From a virus (lineage: Duplodnaviria > Caudoviricetes), in IMG/VR virus record IMGVR_UViG_3300028412_000003: 64,000 bases of DNA; one strand, given 5' to 3'. Made by a program: the position numbers and the translations under genes. Shown piece by piece: positions 54,951-63,235 of this stretch (positions within the stretch are counted from its first letter, which is position 1; each line of letters opens with the position of its first letter). The notes beneath the pieces are model-generated. The model was not told the origin of the DNA, ran no database searches, and was given only the letters and a program-made list of their open reading frames with translations.

Positions 54951-55430
54951 ATGGAAGAAACTAAAAATGATTTTAAAACAATGTTTTCTATACTATGGAG
55001 AAACAAAACTGTCTTCTTAAGTATAATTGGTGCAATGGTTTCTATTTCAACCGGCGCCGCATTTGTTTACAATCATTTTGCCAAACAACAAGATGTGATA
55101 CAACAATATTGTGAACGACAAGCTATTGATGCAGATACTTCACTTGATATACAAATGTCGAGACACGAAATTATGATAGTAGTTTCTGATACAATTTTAG
55201 ACATGTTTGATAATATAGACGACGAGTCTGAAGTTAGTAAAAAATGGACCAAGGCTTGGAGAACGGTTAAAGATAAACATAATAATGCTTTGACTAGACT
55301 AACAAAACAGCCAAAATATTGGAATCCAAACATAATACGAGAATGTATTGAATCTCCTATTCCTCATATTAAGGTTAAAGGTGTACTTGGTACTACTATA
55401 AATGATGATTTGTTAAGGGGAATTCAATGA
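54951..55430 (+). CDS. Single-TM membrane protein
   Basis: TM VFLSIIGAMVSISTGAAFVY; late promoter; coupled to the next ORF. Confidence 0.65.
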   Translation: MEETKNDFKTMFSILWRNKTVFLSIIGAMVSISTGAAFVYNHFAKQQDVIQQYCERQAIDADTSLDIQMSRHEIMIVVSDTILDMFDNIDDESEVSKKWTKAWRTVKDKHNNALTRLTKQPKYWNPNIIRECIESPIPHIKVKGVLGTTINDDLLRGIQ

Positions 55431-55756
55431 GAGTTTTAATTTTGGTTTTCTTTTTATTATTTTCGTTTGAAGTAATAGCTGGTTCTGTATCCAAACAGAG
55501 AAATGATCCTATTCTACAATCCGATGTGTATGAAGAAATTATAATAATGAATCAGTATCTTATTGAGACACAAAGAGATTATGGATATATAGACACGGAA
55601 ATAAAAGCACTTCGAAATAGACTAATATCTTTAGAAGTTTTAAAACTTTATGATTTAGATCCAGGTATTGAATCTGAACGTCAACAACTTATAAGAATTA
55701 TTACAGATTATATTGTACGTTCGGAAAATGAAGCAATTAATAGATTAGAAAAATAA
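55427..55756 (+). CDS. Small secreted helical protein
   Basis: Signal MRVLILVFFLLFSFEVIA; ATGA overlap. Confidence 0.65.
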   Translation: MRVLILVFFLLFSFEVIAGSVSKQRNDPILQSDVYEEIIIMNQYLIETQRDYGYIDTEIKALRNRLISLEVLKLYDLDPGIESERQQLIRIITDYIVRSENEAINRLEK

Positions 55757-55777
55757 TTCTTCATGAATTAATATTCA

Positions 55778-55811
55778 TGAAGATAGGTCGGTTTTAACCA
55801 ACCTATCTTCA
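55778..55811. terminator. Bidirectional terminator between convergent units
   Basis: TGAAGATAGGT-c-GGTT / AACC-a-ACCTATCTTCA stem; a second palindrome at 55758-55783 overlaps it. Confidence 0.65.
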
Positions 55812-55819
55812 AACTTAAA

Positions 55820-56380
55820 TTAAATGTCTTTGAAAACATTATTTGTGATGTTTTGCAATCCTGTTCCAAAGACTTTGTAACACCAATTCCATATCATTCG
55901 TATCGGATCATTTAGCAAAGTCCAAAACGCACTCCATGGCCAAAAAGTAGCCCAAAACGTTATCTGAGCTTTATTTTCAGAAACAAGAGGAGGATAATTT
56001 CCTTCTGGATAATTTCTTTCTAATATAACCCACTCATTAAATTTTAGTGTACTTGTTTGTGTATCATATTTCTTTCTCAGATTTTTAACTATGTCCTTTA
56101 TTCGATGCATATAAAAAATCCATTTTACAAAAGCCCAGGTCAATCCACCTAGAAAATATGCAACGACCCAACTAAATGCTTCAACTGGATTTGATGTAAT
56201 CCAAGTAAACGGATTATACGGAGTAGCAATTTGTACGAACAACAAAGTAAGGATAGCAATACCAGTTGCCCAATATGGACTATCAGTCTCAATAGAAGCG
56301 ATAATACAGAAAGAAGATATACAGACGATAACCCAAAATAGAATTCCACTTGCAGCAATAAATGGTTCAATACCAAACAT
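55820..56380 (-). CDS. Multi-TM membrane protein
   Basis: Four hydrophobic segments; start MFGIEP. Confidence 0.7.
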   Translation of the reverse strand: MFGIEPFIAASGILFWVIVCISSFCIIASIETDSPYWATGIAILTLLFVQIATPYNPFTWITSNPVEAFSWVVAYFLGGLTWAFVKWIFYMHRIKDIVKNLRKKYDTQTSTLKFNEWVILERNYPEGNYPPLVSENKAQITFWATFWPWSAFWTLLNDPIRMIWNWCYKVFGTGLQNITNNVFKDI

Positions 56381-56398
56381 AATTTTACCTTTCAAAGT

Positions 56399-56425
56399 TA
56401 TAGGGTGGGATAATCCCACCCTATA
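56399..56425 (-). terminator. 12-bp hairpin after telA
   Basis: TATAGGGTGGGA / TCCCACCCTATA with a 3-nt loop. Confidence 0.6.
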
Positions 56426-56428
56426 TAA

Positions 56429-57532
56429 TTAACGAGTAGCAAGCTGAGCTTTCTTGAGTGCTTCACCTGCTATGTTCATCCTCACAACTTCGACTGCACG
56501 TCGAACTTTAGCTTCTTCATAAATTGCTTGAGTTTCTTCAAGCATTGCAATCATTTGATTGTTTGCATATTCAATTGTTTCGATTGAAACAATTCCACGT
56601 TCTAGTGCTCGACGCGCCTCAACATTTGCATCTTTAATCGTTATTGATCCACTCTTAAGTAGATCGTCTGTTATGTCAGAGATAGCATTCATTGAATCTG
56701 CAACTTCTTTAGTGCGAGCTGCTGCAACCAAAACTGCCATCTGTTGTTTCCACAACGGAATAGTATTAACCTTAACAGTTTCAATCTTTTCAACTAGTCC
56801 CGCATCATTCTTTTGAGTAGTTCGGATACCTGGCAAATTCTGTCGGATAATTTCTCGAGTCAATCGAAGATCATGTATACGACGCTCAACCTTGTCACGC
56901 ATATCTGTCTTATCAGCAAATTCTGCGCCTGCCATTGCATCCTTGCTTGCTGCTGCCTTCGACTGCAATTTTGGCAAGATATTATTAGTGATCTCAGCCA
57001 TTGCTCTATCACCAGCTGCAATTGCAGCTTCAAGTCCACGGAAATGATCGATTTGAGCTTCGTACATACGGTCGAGCTTTTCAACGTCTTCCATCATTTT
57101 AAGTTGGTCTTTATTCAATTTAGCAACTACTGCGTCAATCTGACCTTCAACTGTAGAATAAGATTCTAGCCACTTAGCAACAGGTGATACCTTACCCATT
57201 AGCTTTCCAAAGAATCCTGGAGACTCTGTACCTTGCAACACTGAAAGATCCATGCCCTTAATAGACAAAGCAATGTTGTTCAATCCTTCGCCAATAGGAC
57301 CAAGGTCTTTGTTCTTTACACCATCCAACAACATTTCTGCTGCGGTAGTTGATGCTCTCTGTTTTGCAGATGCATAAAGAATAATATCATTTGTGTTGCT
57401 GCCTTTAAACGCTGCCATCAACACGTCATAGTCTTTTTGTACTTCTCCATCAACTGGAGCAACAATAAGTTCTTGTCCAGTTACATCTGCTACAATAGAA
57501 TCAACTGTAGGGGTTGCCATTTGAGTATTCAT
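56429..57532 (-). CDS. telA: TelA/YaaN toxic anion resistance family protein
   Basis: Long helical protein; Y..VEGQID.V, LDRMY...F..LE..I.AG, RIHDL, Q.ND..LV.KI....NTIPLWK.Q, D.T..LL, LERGIV.IET; AAGGAG RBS before MNTQ. Confidence 0.9.
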   Translation of the reverse strand: MNTQMATPTVDSIVADVTGQELIVAPVDGEVQKDYDVLMAAFKGSNTNDIILYASAKQRASTTAAEMLLDGVKNKDLGPIGEGLNNIALSIKGMDLSVLQGTESPGFFGKLMGKVSPVAKWLESYSTVEGQIDAVVAKLNKDQLKMMEDVEKLDRMYEAQIDHFRGLEAAIAAGDRAMAEITNNILPKLQSKAAASKDAMAGAEFADKTDMRDKVERRIHDLRLTREIIRQNLPGIRTTQKNDAGLVEKIETVKVNTIPLWKQQMAVLVAAARTKEVADSMNAISDITDDLLKSGSITIKDANVEARRALERGIVSIETIEYANNQMIAMLEETQAIYEEAKVRRAVEVVRMNIAGEALKKAQLATR

Positions 57533-57545
57533 GTGTAATTTCTCC

Positions 57546-58172
57546 TTATACACCACTTAGTTTCATTTTCTTATCAAGGACGCTTGTTGCTACACTTAGG
57601 TCAAGAAGATCGTCCTCTAGATTTTTCTCGTATTGTGCTTCAAAGGTATGTTCGATTGTGTCAAGAAGTTCTTTAACTTCTTGCAGGGTGTCCGAAACGA
57701 CATCTCCCTTACTTTCTAGTTTAGCATAGCTGCTAACAATGTCAACAGTTTTATTGAGGTATAGATCAAGAAAGTCTCGAGAACGTTTAATATCTTCTGG
57801 GTCATCTAAGAAACCTTCAAAAATACGATCAGCAACTCTTGCAATCTTTTCAATTTTAAGCGAGACACCAGGATCTTCAATTTGCTGACTAATTTCAAGA
57901 AGTTTTTCAACTCTTTCCATACCAACTGAAATTACATTTTCTAGTTCTTCCTTGCTTACCTTTGTTCCAGAAAATTCTCTCATTAACATTTCGGTAACAG
58001 TAAGTTGTCGCGGCATCATTAAAAACATTCCAATGCTGAGTAGTATTGCCTGAATAATTGGAAAGACTGTATCAGCATAAGGAAAGAAATCAGGAGAGTT
58101 CATAAAAGAAAAAAGAACCAGTCCTAAAAACAATCCCATAACTCCAGCGCCTAGTCGATAAATGTTAGGCAT
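57546..58172 (-). CDS. xpaC: XpaC (5-bromo-4-chloroindolyl phosphate hydrolysis) family protein
   Basis: Two N-terminal TMs; FLDLYL.K.VDIV..Y..L...F..QYEK..EDD.LDL.V...VL; adjacent to telA as in xpaC-yaaN operons. Confidence 0.8.
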   Translation of the reverse strand: MPNIYRLGAGVMGLFLGLVLFSFMNSPDFFPYADTVFPIIQAILLSIGMFLMMPRQLTVTEMLMREFSGTKVSKEELENVISVGMERVEKLLEISQQIEDPGVSLKIEKIARVADRIFEGFLDDPEDIKRSRDFLDLYLNKTVDIVSSYAKLESKGDVVSDTLQEVKELLDTIEHTFEAQYEKNLEDDLLDLSVATSVLDKKMKLSGV

Positions 58173-58818
58173 TTTTAACCTCCGTAGATTTAGTATAACT
58201 CGGATCAGTATTCATCCATTCATAATCAAGTCTTCCTGATTCTTTAGTATGAGGAAGCATCATTTTTTCAACTCGATAGACTGCATAAAGTTTTTGACGG
58301 CTTATACCAAGTCGGTCTCGCAACTGTTTTAGAGTAAAATCTCTAAATCTTTCAAAAGGAAAATGTCCTAAATCTGACGCAAGAGATTCCTTACCTTTAT
58401 TGTAACCTAAATCCAATGCTAACAAATCTTCGTTGCTAAATTTGTAGAATTTAGGATATAAATATTTGCCAATGAAACGGAAGAATGAAAAATGCCAAGG
58501 CATACAATTCCTTGTTGCTCCCATTGTAAATCCAATTACAAATGCTTCATCTTGAGGAAGCAATCCTCTTCCTAACAAGCAATGAATTGCATCATGTCGT
58601 TCTAGATTAATTGCACCAGGCAAAGGGAACAATTCTGGAAATCTTATGGGAGGATTAGGATTTTCAAACAACCTAACTATAAATGGAATGTCTGATGGGT
58701 TACTAGCAGGCAACGTATCAAGAACTTCACCAAGGGTTAGGTGATCATTATCAAGCCCAGGGTTCCAATTTTTCCAGGATACATTCTCTTCTAATGCAGG
58801 CCAACTATGTCCAATCAT
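58165..58818 (-). CDS. Coq4-like HDxxH protein
   Basis: ERHDAIHCLLG...DEAFV.GF and C-terminal FPFE...TL.QLR..LGI resemble the Coq4 family. Confidence 0.45.
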   Translation of the reverse strand: MIGHSWPALEENVSWKNWNPGLDNDHLTLGEVLDTLPASNPSDIPFIVRLFENPNPPIRFPELFPLPGAINLERHDAIHCLLGRGLLPQDEAFVIGFTMGATRNCMPWHFSFFRFIGKYLYPKFYKFSNEDLLALDLGYNKGKESLASDLGHFPFERFRDFTLKQLRDRLGISRQKLYAVYRVEKMMLPHTKESGRLDYEWMNTDPSYTKSTEVKNA

Positions 58819-59273
58819 AGATCACTCTCCACACTAACTACTGCACGACTCAATCGAGACTGGAAGTCACGATTGGATTCGCCGTTGCTTTTATTAAGTG
58901 GCTTATCTCCACCAACTCCAATTGTTTTAATTTTGTTATTAACACCCGCTTTGAGCAATAGAGCTTCTATTGCACTTGCGCGACGCTTGCTTAACTCAAC
59001 GTTAGCCGCGCTGTCGCCGCTTGTGCCCGTGTGTCCAGTTACTACAATAGTATATGCTGCGTTTGTAGATGCCAAATCTGCAATGATTTCAATCTTTGGC
59101 ATGTCACGAGGATCAACTGAAGTACCTCTACTAAAATTAAGGGTAAACTCATAGTCTTCATTGGCACTACCAATTGAGTGCATATACATACCCGAAAGCA
59201 CTGTTGCACCAATCAACATTGCGCCAAAGAAATTAATTGGACGCAGGACAAATTTTTGTTCTCTCAATGACAT
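58815..59273 (-). CDS. OmpA-C-like peptidoglycan-binding protein with N-terminal TM
   Basis: IVVTGHTGTSGDSAANVELSKRRASAI...L...GV...I...GVG. Confidence 0.85.
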   Translation of the reverse strand: MSLREQKFVLRPINFFGAMLIGATVLSGMYMHSIGSANEDYEFTLNFSRGTSVDPRDMPKIEIIADLASTNAAYTIVVTGHTGTSGDSAANVELSKRRASAIEALLLKAGVNNKIKTIGVGGDKPLNKSNGESNRDFQSRLSRAVVSVESDL

Positions 59274-59290
59274 GATTGCTCCTATATGTT

Positions 59291-59320
59291 ACTAGGGGAG
59301 TTTTTATTAACTCCCCTAGT
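59291..59320 (-). terminator. 12-bp hairpin between the vWA and OmpA-like genes
   Basis: ACTAGGGGAGTT / AACTCCCCTAGT. Confidence 0.65.
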
Positions 59321-59328
59321 TTAACACG

Positions 59329-60069
59329 TTATTTTGTGAAAGTCAACGGTTGATCAAAGTTTGCACTTTCAGCAAGGACTGCCTTCATGCTTTCCTTAAG
59401 TTCGACAATATTACCTGCTGTACGGAATTCAACAAGTCCTGGTTGATAAAGAGTATGACCTTTATCTATACAAAATCCTGCAGTGAATACTTCAATTGGA
59501 GTATTCACTGCTATGAAGTTAATGTTATTCCGTAACACACTAGCATCACCAGCAGCACCATCTGTTACAATGAGGATACGATAATTACCATATCCTCTCT
59601 GAGCCTGTGCTTGTGAAAGCAACATTTGATATGCTTCGTGTACTGCCCCGCCTAGTGGTGTTCCTCCGTCGGGTCCAACTCTATTTAGAACTTGTCTAAT
59701 GTTGTTTTGGTTTTGTAATCCTAGGGGTGTTCGAACAGTACTAATCCCGTTCTCAAACACAACAAATCCAATAGCCATATCATCAGGCACAAAATTAATA
59801 AACTCGTCAATTGCTTTCTTGCTGGCAAGGTCCTTGCTAATTGACGTGTCATTACACGTTGCTTCTGACATACTTCCTGACATATCCAAGATCAAAACCA
59901 AATTCTCTTGAAAATAATCATCTGCTAATACAGAAGCATTTTCTGAAATTGGCGGCCAATTCTCAAACGTCTTAGAGGTCTGTTCCTGTACCACAATATT
60001 CTCTTCATTACAAGCACCAAGAACAAGCATTAGAGTAGCTGCTGCCACAATACTAAATATTTCCTTCAT
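59329..60069 (-). CDS. von Willebrand factor A domain lipoprotein
   Basis: Lipobox VLGA-C; MIDAS DMSGS, GGTPLG, ILIVTDG. Confidence 0.88.
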   Translation of the reverse strand: MKEIFSIVAAATLMLVLGACNEENIVVQEQTSKTFENWPPISENASVLADDYFQENLVLILDMSGSMSEATCNDTSISKDLASKKAIDEFINFVPDDMAIGFVVFENGISTVRTPLGLQNQNNIRQVLNRVGPDGGTPLGGAVHEAYQMLLSQAQAQRGYGNYRILIVTDGAAGDASVLRNNINFIAVNTPIEVFTAGFCIDKGHTLYQPGLVEFRTAGNIVELKESMKAVLAESANFDQPLTFTK

Positions 60070-60094
60070 TGTATATCTCCTTTCTTGAGACTTG

Positions 60095-61807
60095 TTAGTT
60101 CAATGGAGTAAAGACTGATTCTTCAGCCTCAACTCGAACAATACGGAATACAACTCTCATGTTGCTCTTCCATTCACTCTCAGTCTTTGGAGCACACGGA
60201 CCATTACAGGTATTGCCGGTAGAAGGATCATTGATCCCCTTTCCAAGAGTTGCAAACTGTGAAGGATCCATATTAATACCAAGTGAATTAGCATACCTAA
60301 TAACACTATCCTGCACGGCAATTGACCGTGACATGCTCAAGTTACGAGCTGCTTGTCGTGCACGTTTGAGAACCAATTGAGACTCACCATCCTGTTGCTT
60401 CTTTAGATAACCCAATGGATCTGAATGACCTTCAATTGTAATAACAGCACCACCATACTTAGAAGCAAGACCAATAACTCGCTTGAAGTCATCTTCATAC
60501 TTTAGAGGGTCGAAGTTTGTTTGATTGGGTTCAAAGTAGATCTGAAACTCAAACAAAGAAGCATCACTTAGTTGTCCAGTCTTGTCCATCTTGTCAATGG
60601 TCCTGTCAAGTTCAGCTTCGTTAAATTTAGGTTTTTCAACCCCTGCTGTATCATTAAGTCCATCTTTAAAGACATCGTAATCCCAACCAGCATGTGCCAA
60701 AGTGTATGTCTTTGACATCAATCCAAGATTAACTAGCATTGGTTGTGTATCGTTATTAACTCCAAGCCATGATCGAGGTTCTGTTGCACTAACCCACTTT
60801 GTGTTACCACGGAACCCTGTTGTTTCTGCATCAAGCCAAAGACCAGTTGCACCTGCAATGTCTCCAGTTACACCAAGTAGGTGTTTACTAGCTGTTGCAT
60901 ATATAGTGTCTGCTGGTGTTCCACCAACCTTCAATGTTTCACGGGTTGATTCTTCAGCAAGCATAAGCCCATGTACGAAATTTTGTACCTGTTCCTTGTT
61001 TGCATCAAAATAATCTTTGCGTACAACATAAACATCAGAAATTAGTCGGTTTAGAGTTTTAGTACTCAACATAATTCGAGCACCACTTACAGATCCTTCG
61101 GCGCCCGTACCAACAGTGCCACCTGAAGTCATAGCAAGTGCATCAGGAATAATCATAAATGCAGCATCAATTTCACTGTCTTCTGCAAACGCACTAGGAG
61201 GAGATGAGCTTTCTCCTGTTAGTTCTTTAGTCCATTTAATCGTAACATCATTTACAGATAGTTTAGCGTCATCTAGAATAGTAGTAAGATATTCGACGTG
61301 CGGACCATATGCTTGCAATGCAATTGTTTTGCCTTTGAGGTCTGCAGGAGATTTGATCCCTCCCTTAACAACAAGTGCATCACCACCATTTGACCAACTC
61401 AACTGATAGATTGCAATCATCTTAGTTCGAGGATCTGTTTCGGTCAAGTCAGCAGCCATGTTCAACATACCTTGTGTACCACGTAGAAAAGGGCTGGTAC
61501 AAGAAAGATAATCTGACACTTGTTCACTAAAAACATCTTTTCGTGTCAAGTTTGCATTGATATTAACTAGCTCAAACAAACTGTCTGATTCAGTGTTAAG
61601 AGAGTTACCATTTGCAACAAGCGTAGGAATATCTCCGCCCCATGCAATCATAGGAACCTTCAATGTTGACTGAGAACGACAGTCGGAAACAGAAGTGTTC
61701 ACCACGTTCCGCAAAGGAGGACTGTTAACATAGTCAGCAGCTGATACTGCATTTCCCATCACTGCAAGCAAACCTAGTGCTCCAATGGTAGAAGTAATCT
61801 TCTTCAC
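60095..61807 (-). CDS. Periplasmic solute-binding (NMT1/THI5-like) domain fused to a C-terminal OmpA-like domain
   Basis: Signal peptide (…NAVSA), SNGGDALVV...DLKGKTIAL, ISDVYVVRKDY; C-terminal IYFEPN...IEGHSD...NLS.SR...V...NMRV; GTG start. Confidence 0.8.
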   Translation of the reverse strand: MKKITSTIGALGLLAVMGNAVSAADYVNSPPLRNVVNTSVSDCRSQSTLKVPMIAWGGDIPTLVANGNSLNTESDSLFELVNINANLTRKDVFSEQVSDYLSCTSPFLRGTQGMLNMAADLTETDPRTKMIAIYQLSWSNGGDALVVKGGIKSPADLKGKTIALQAYGPHVEYLTTILDDAKLSVNDVTIKWTKELTGESSSPPSAFAEDSEIDAAFMIIPDALAMTSGGTVGTGAEGSVSGARIMLSTKTLNRLISDVYVVRKDYFDANKEQVQNFVHGLMLAEESTRETLKVGGTPADTIYATASKHLLGVTGDIAGATGLWLDAETTGFRGNTKWVSATEPRSWLGVNNDTQPMLVNLGLMSKTYTLAHAGWDYDVFKDGLNDTAGVEKPKFNEAELDRTIDKMDKTGQLSDASLFEFQIYFEPNQTNFDPLKYEDDFKRVIGLASKYGGAVITIEGHSDPLGYLKKQQDGESQLVLKRARQAARNLSMSRSIAVQDSVIRYANSLGINMDPSQFATLGKGINDPSTGNTCNGPCAPKTESEWKSNMRVVFRIVRVEAEESVFTPLN

Positions 61808-61845
61808 TTTGAGTCTCCTTGATTGTGTAAAAATTCTACATTATT

Positions 61846-61874
61846 ATTATAATAATAATACCAAAAAAAGTAAA
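61846..61874 (-). promoter_or_regulatory. sigma70-type promoter TTTACT-N17-TATAAT for the envelope/stress cluster
   Basis: Direct match. Confidence 0.6.
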
Positions 61875-61881
61875 GACAAAA

Positions 61882-61910
61882 AAAGGTGAAAGCATTGTAC
61901 TTTCACCTTT
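61882..61910 (-). terminator. Rho-independent terminator after tRNA-Arg
   Basis: AAAGGTGAAAG / CTTTCACCTTT stem followed by a T-run. Confidence 0.8.
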
Positions 61911-61929
61911 GCAAACTAGTAACTAAGAT

Positions 61930-62006
61930 TGGTGTCTCCGGCAGGACTTGAACCTGCAACCTTTGCCTTCGGAGGGCAATGCTCTATCCAGTTGAGCTAC
62001 GAGGAC
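61930..62006 (-). tRNA. tRNA-Arg(CCG)
   Basis: TAGCTCAACTGGATAGAGC D arm, TTGCC-CTCCGAA-GGCAA anticodon arm, GGTTCAAGTCC, encoded CCA; acceptor has a C4:A69 mismatch. Confidence 0.9.
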
Positions 62007-62456
62007 TTATTTACAAGATCCAGCACTACTAACAGCCATTCCGTCAATATATAACCAAGGATTAACACCTTGTTCTTCCAACCACTTCTTTTGTATCATA
62101 TAAGCCTCTAGTTCTCTAGGAGCCTTGGAATTGGTAGGACATTTAGCAGCATAGTCAATTTCTGAATATATTTGAAAATGATGAACCAATTCATGTAGTA
62201 TTAAAGATTGACAATATATGTCTTTATTGTAATTACACACGTCTGGAAGATAAATTGTATCATTTAAATAAAGAGCTTCTGCAACCGGTCCTATTCCTGG
62301 GTTACAGTTTTCTCCAAAATAAAGATAACAAAGTTCTGTATATGAATGGAATTTTACTTCGACTGGAGGAGGAGTAACTCCTTTAAATTCTGGATGATTT
62401 AATCCAAGCCACATACTAAATGCAGCGATCAATATTGATACACTAAATCCATCCAT
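62007..62456 (-). CDS. Exported HExxH zincin-like protein
   Basis: N-terminal hydrophobic segment; LILHELVHHFQ and downstream ELEAY; late promoter at 62474-62481. Confidence 0.65.
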   Translation of the reverse strand: MDGFSVSILIAAFSMWLGLNHPEFKGVTPPPVEVKFHSYTELCYLYFGENCNPGIGPVAEALYLNDTIYLPDVCNYNKDIYCQSLILHELVHHFQIYSEIDYAAKCPTNSKAPRELEAYMIQKKWLEEQGVNPWLYIDGMAVSSAGSCK

Positions 62457-62479
62457 TATTTTTCCTTACTGAATATTTA

Positions 62480-62638
62480 TCATTCACTGTAAGTACCTCG
62501 ATGATAATCTACATAATATCCACAGGATTCACATTTTTCAAAACCAATGTATTCATGGTAATGATAACTTTTACATTTTGGACAAGTTTGGTTTTCTTTT
62601 CTATTTACTGGAATAAAATATGTTTCTTTATCGTACAT
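62480..62638 (-). CDS. 52-aa Zn-ribbon microprotein (…CPKC…CESC…)
   Basis: Translated by hand; two CxxC pairs; below the ORF-track cutoff. Confidence 0.6.
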   Translation of the reverse strand: MYDKETYFIPVNRKENQTCPKCKSYHYHEYIGFEKCESCGYYVDYHRGTYSE

Positions 62639-62642
62639 TTAA

Positions 62643-62873
62643 TTATCCTATATCGGTGTCGTTAACTAGTCTTAATTTTCCTTCTTGATCAAATATCCAT
62701 TCTGAACAAGCTGGATGCGATAATGCTATACTGATGCCTTTTTTATATTTAGAAGTTGGATATTTATATTTAGAATTAATGTTCTTATAACCTAATTCTA
62801 AAAGACCGCATTTATAACCACTACCATACATGAAGAATCGTTTAGCACAATCCCCGCATTTATTAACAATCAT
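62643..62873 (-). CDS. Cys-containing hypothetical protein
   Basis: Start trimmed to MIVNKCGDC because the longer ORF overlaps tRNA-Leu. Confidence 0.5.
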   Translation of the reverse strand: MIVNKCGDCAKRFFMYGSGYKCGLLELGYKNINSKYKYPTSKYKKGISIALSHPACSEWIFDQEGKLRLVNDTDIG

Positions 62874-62887
62874 AATAGACCTTATGT

Positions 62888-62973
62888 TGGTCCGGGCTGG
62901 GGGACTCGAACCCCCACAGCACATGGCCTTGAGATTTTAAGTCTCATGCGTCTACCAATTCCGCCAAGCCCAG
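62888..62973 (-). tRNA. tRNA-Leu(TAA)
   Basis: CTGGGCT/AGCCCGG acceptor, GGAATTGGTAGAC, TGAGA-CTTAAAA-TCTCA anticodon arm, long variable arm, GGTTCGAGTCC, encoded CCA. Confidence 0.93.
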
Positions 62974-63013
62974 ACATTAAATTTTTAATCATTAAACTTT
63001 TGCTTATTTATTT

Positions 63014-63041
63014 ATAATAACATCTTATAGAATTATGTCAA
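63014..63041 (-). promoter_or_regulatory. sigma70-type promoter TTGACA-N16-TATTAT (extended -10 TG) for tRNA-Leu
   Basis: Match about 40 nt upstream of the tRNA. Confidence 0.55.
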
Positions 63042-63046
63042 CTGAA

Positions 63047-63235
63047 TTATTTTATATTTCGTCTTAAAACAATACCAACTATAAAGATATATAATATCAT
63101 GAAGACAAATTGAAACGGAGCAAATATTATATCTTTTCTACTTGGAACTTTTGTTGTTTCTTTTGAGCCACATACCATACAACAGAATTGTGTTTGTTCT
63201 TGTTCGTTTTTACATTCGGAACAGATATATTTCAT
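63047..63235 (-). CDS. Zn-ribbon protein with C-terminal TM
   Basis: CSEC...CMVC and hydrophobic C-terminus; ATGA overlap. Confidence 0.65.
   Translation of the reverse strand: MKYICSECKNEQEQTQFCCMVCGSKETTKVPSRKDIIFAPFQFVFMILYIFIVGIVLRRNIK

Noticed and set aside
62874-62924. MCCGGSSPP extension of the 93-aa ORF
   Set aside because: It is a translation of the tRNA-Leu(TAA) T-arm and acceptor.
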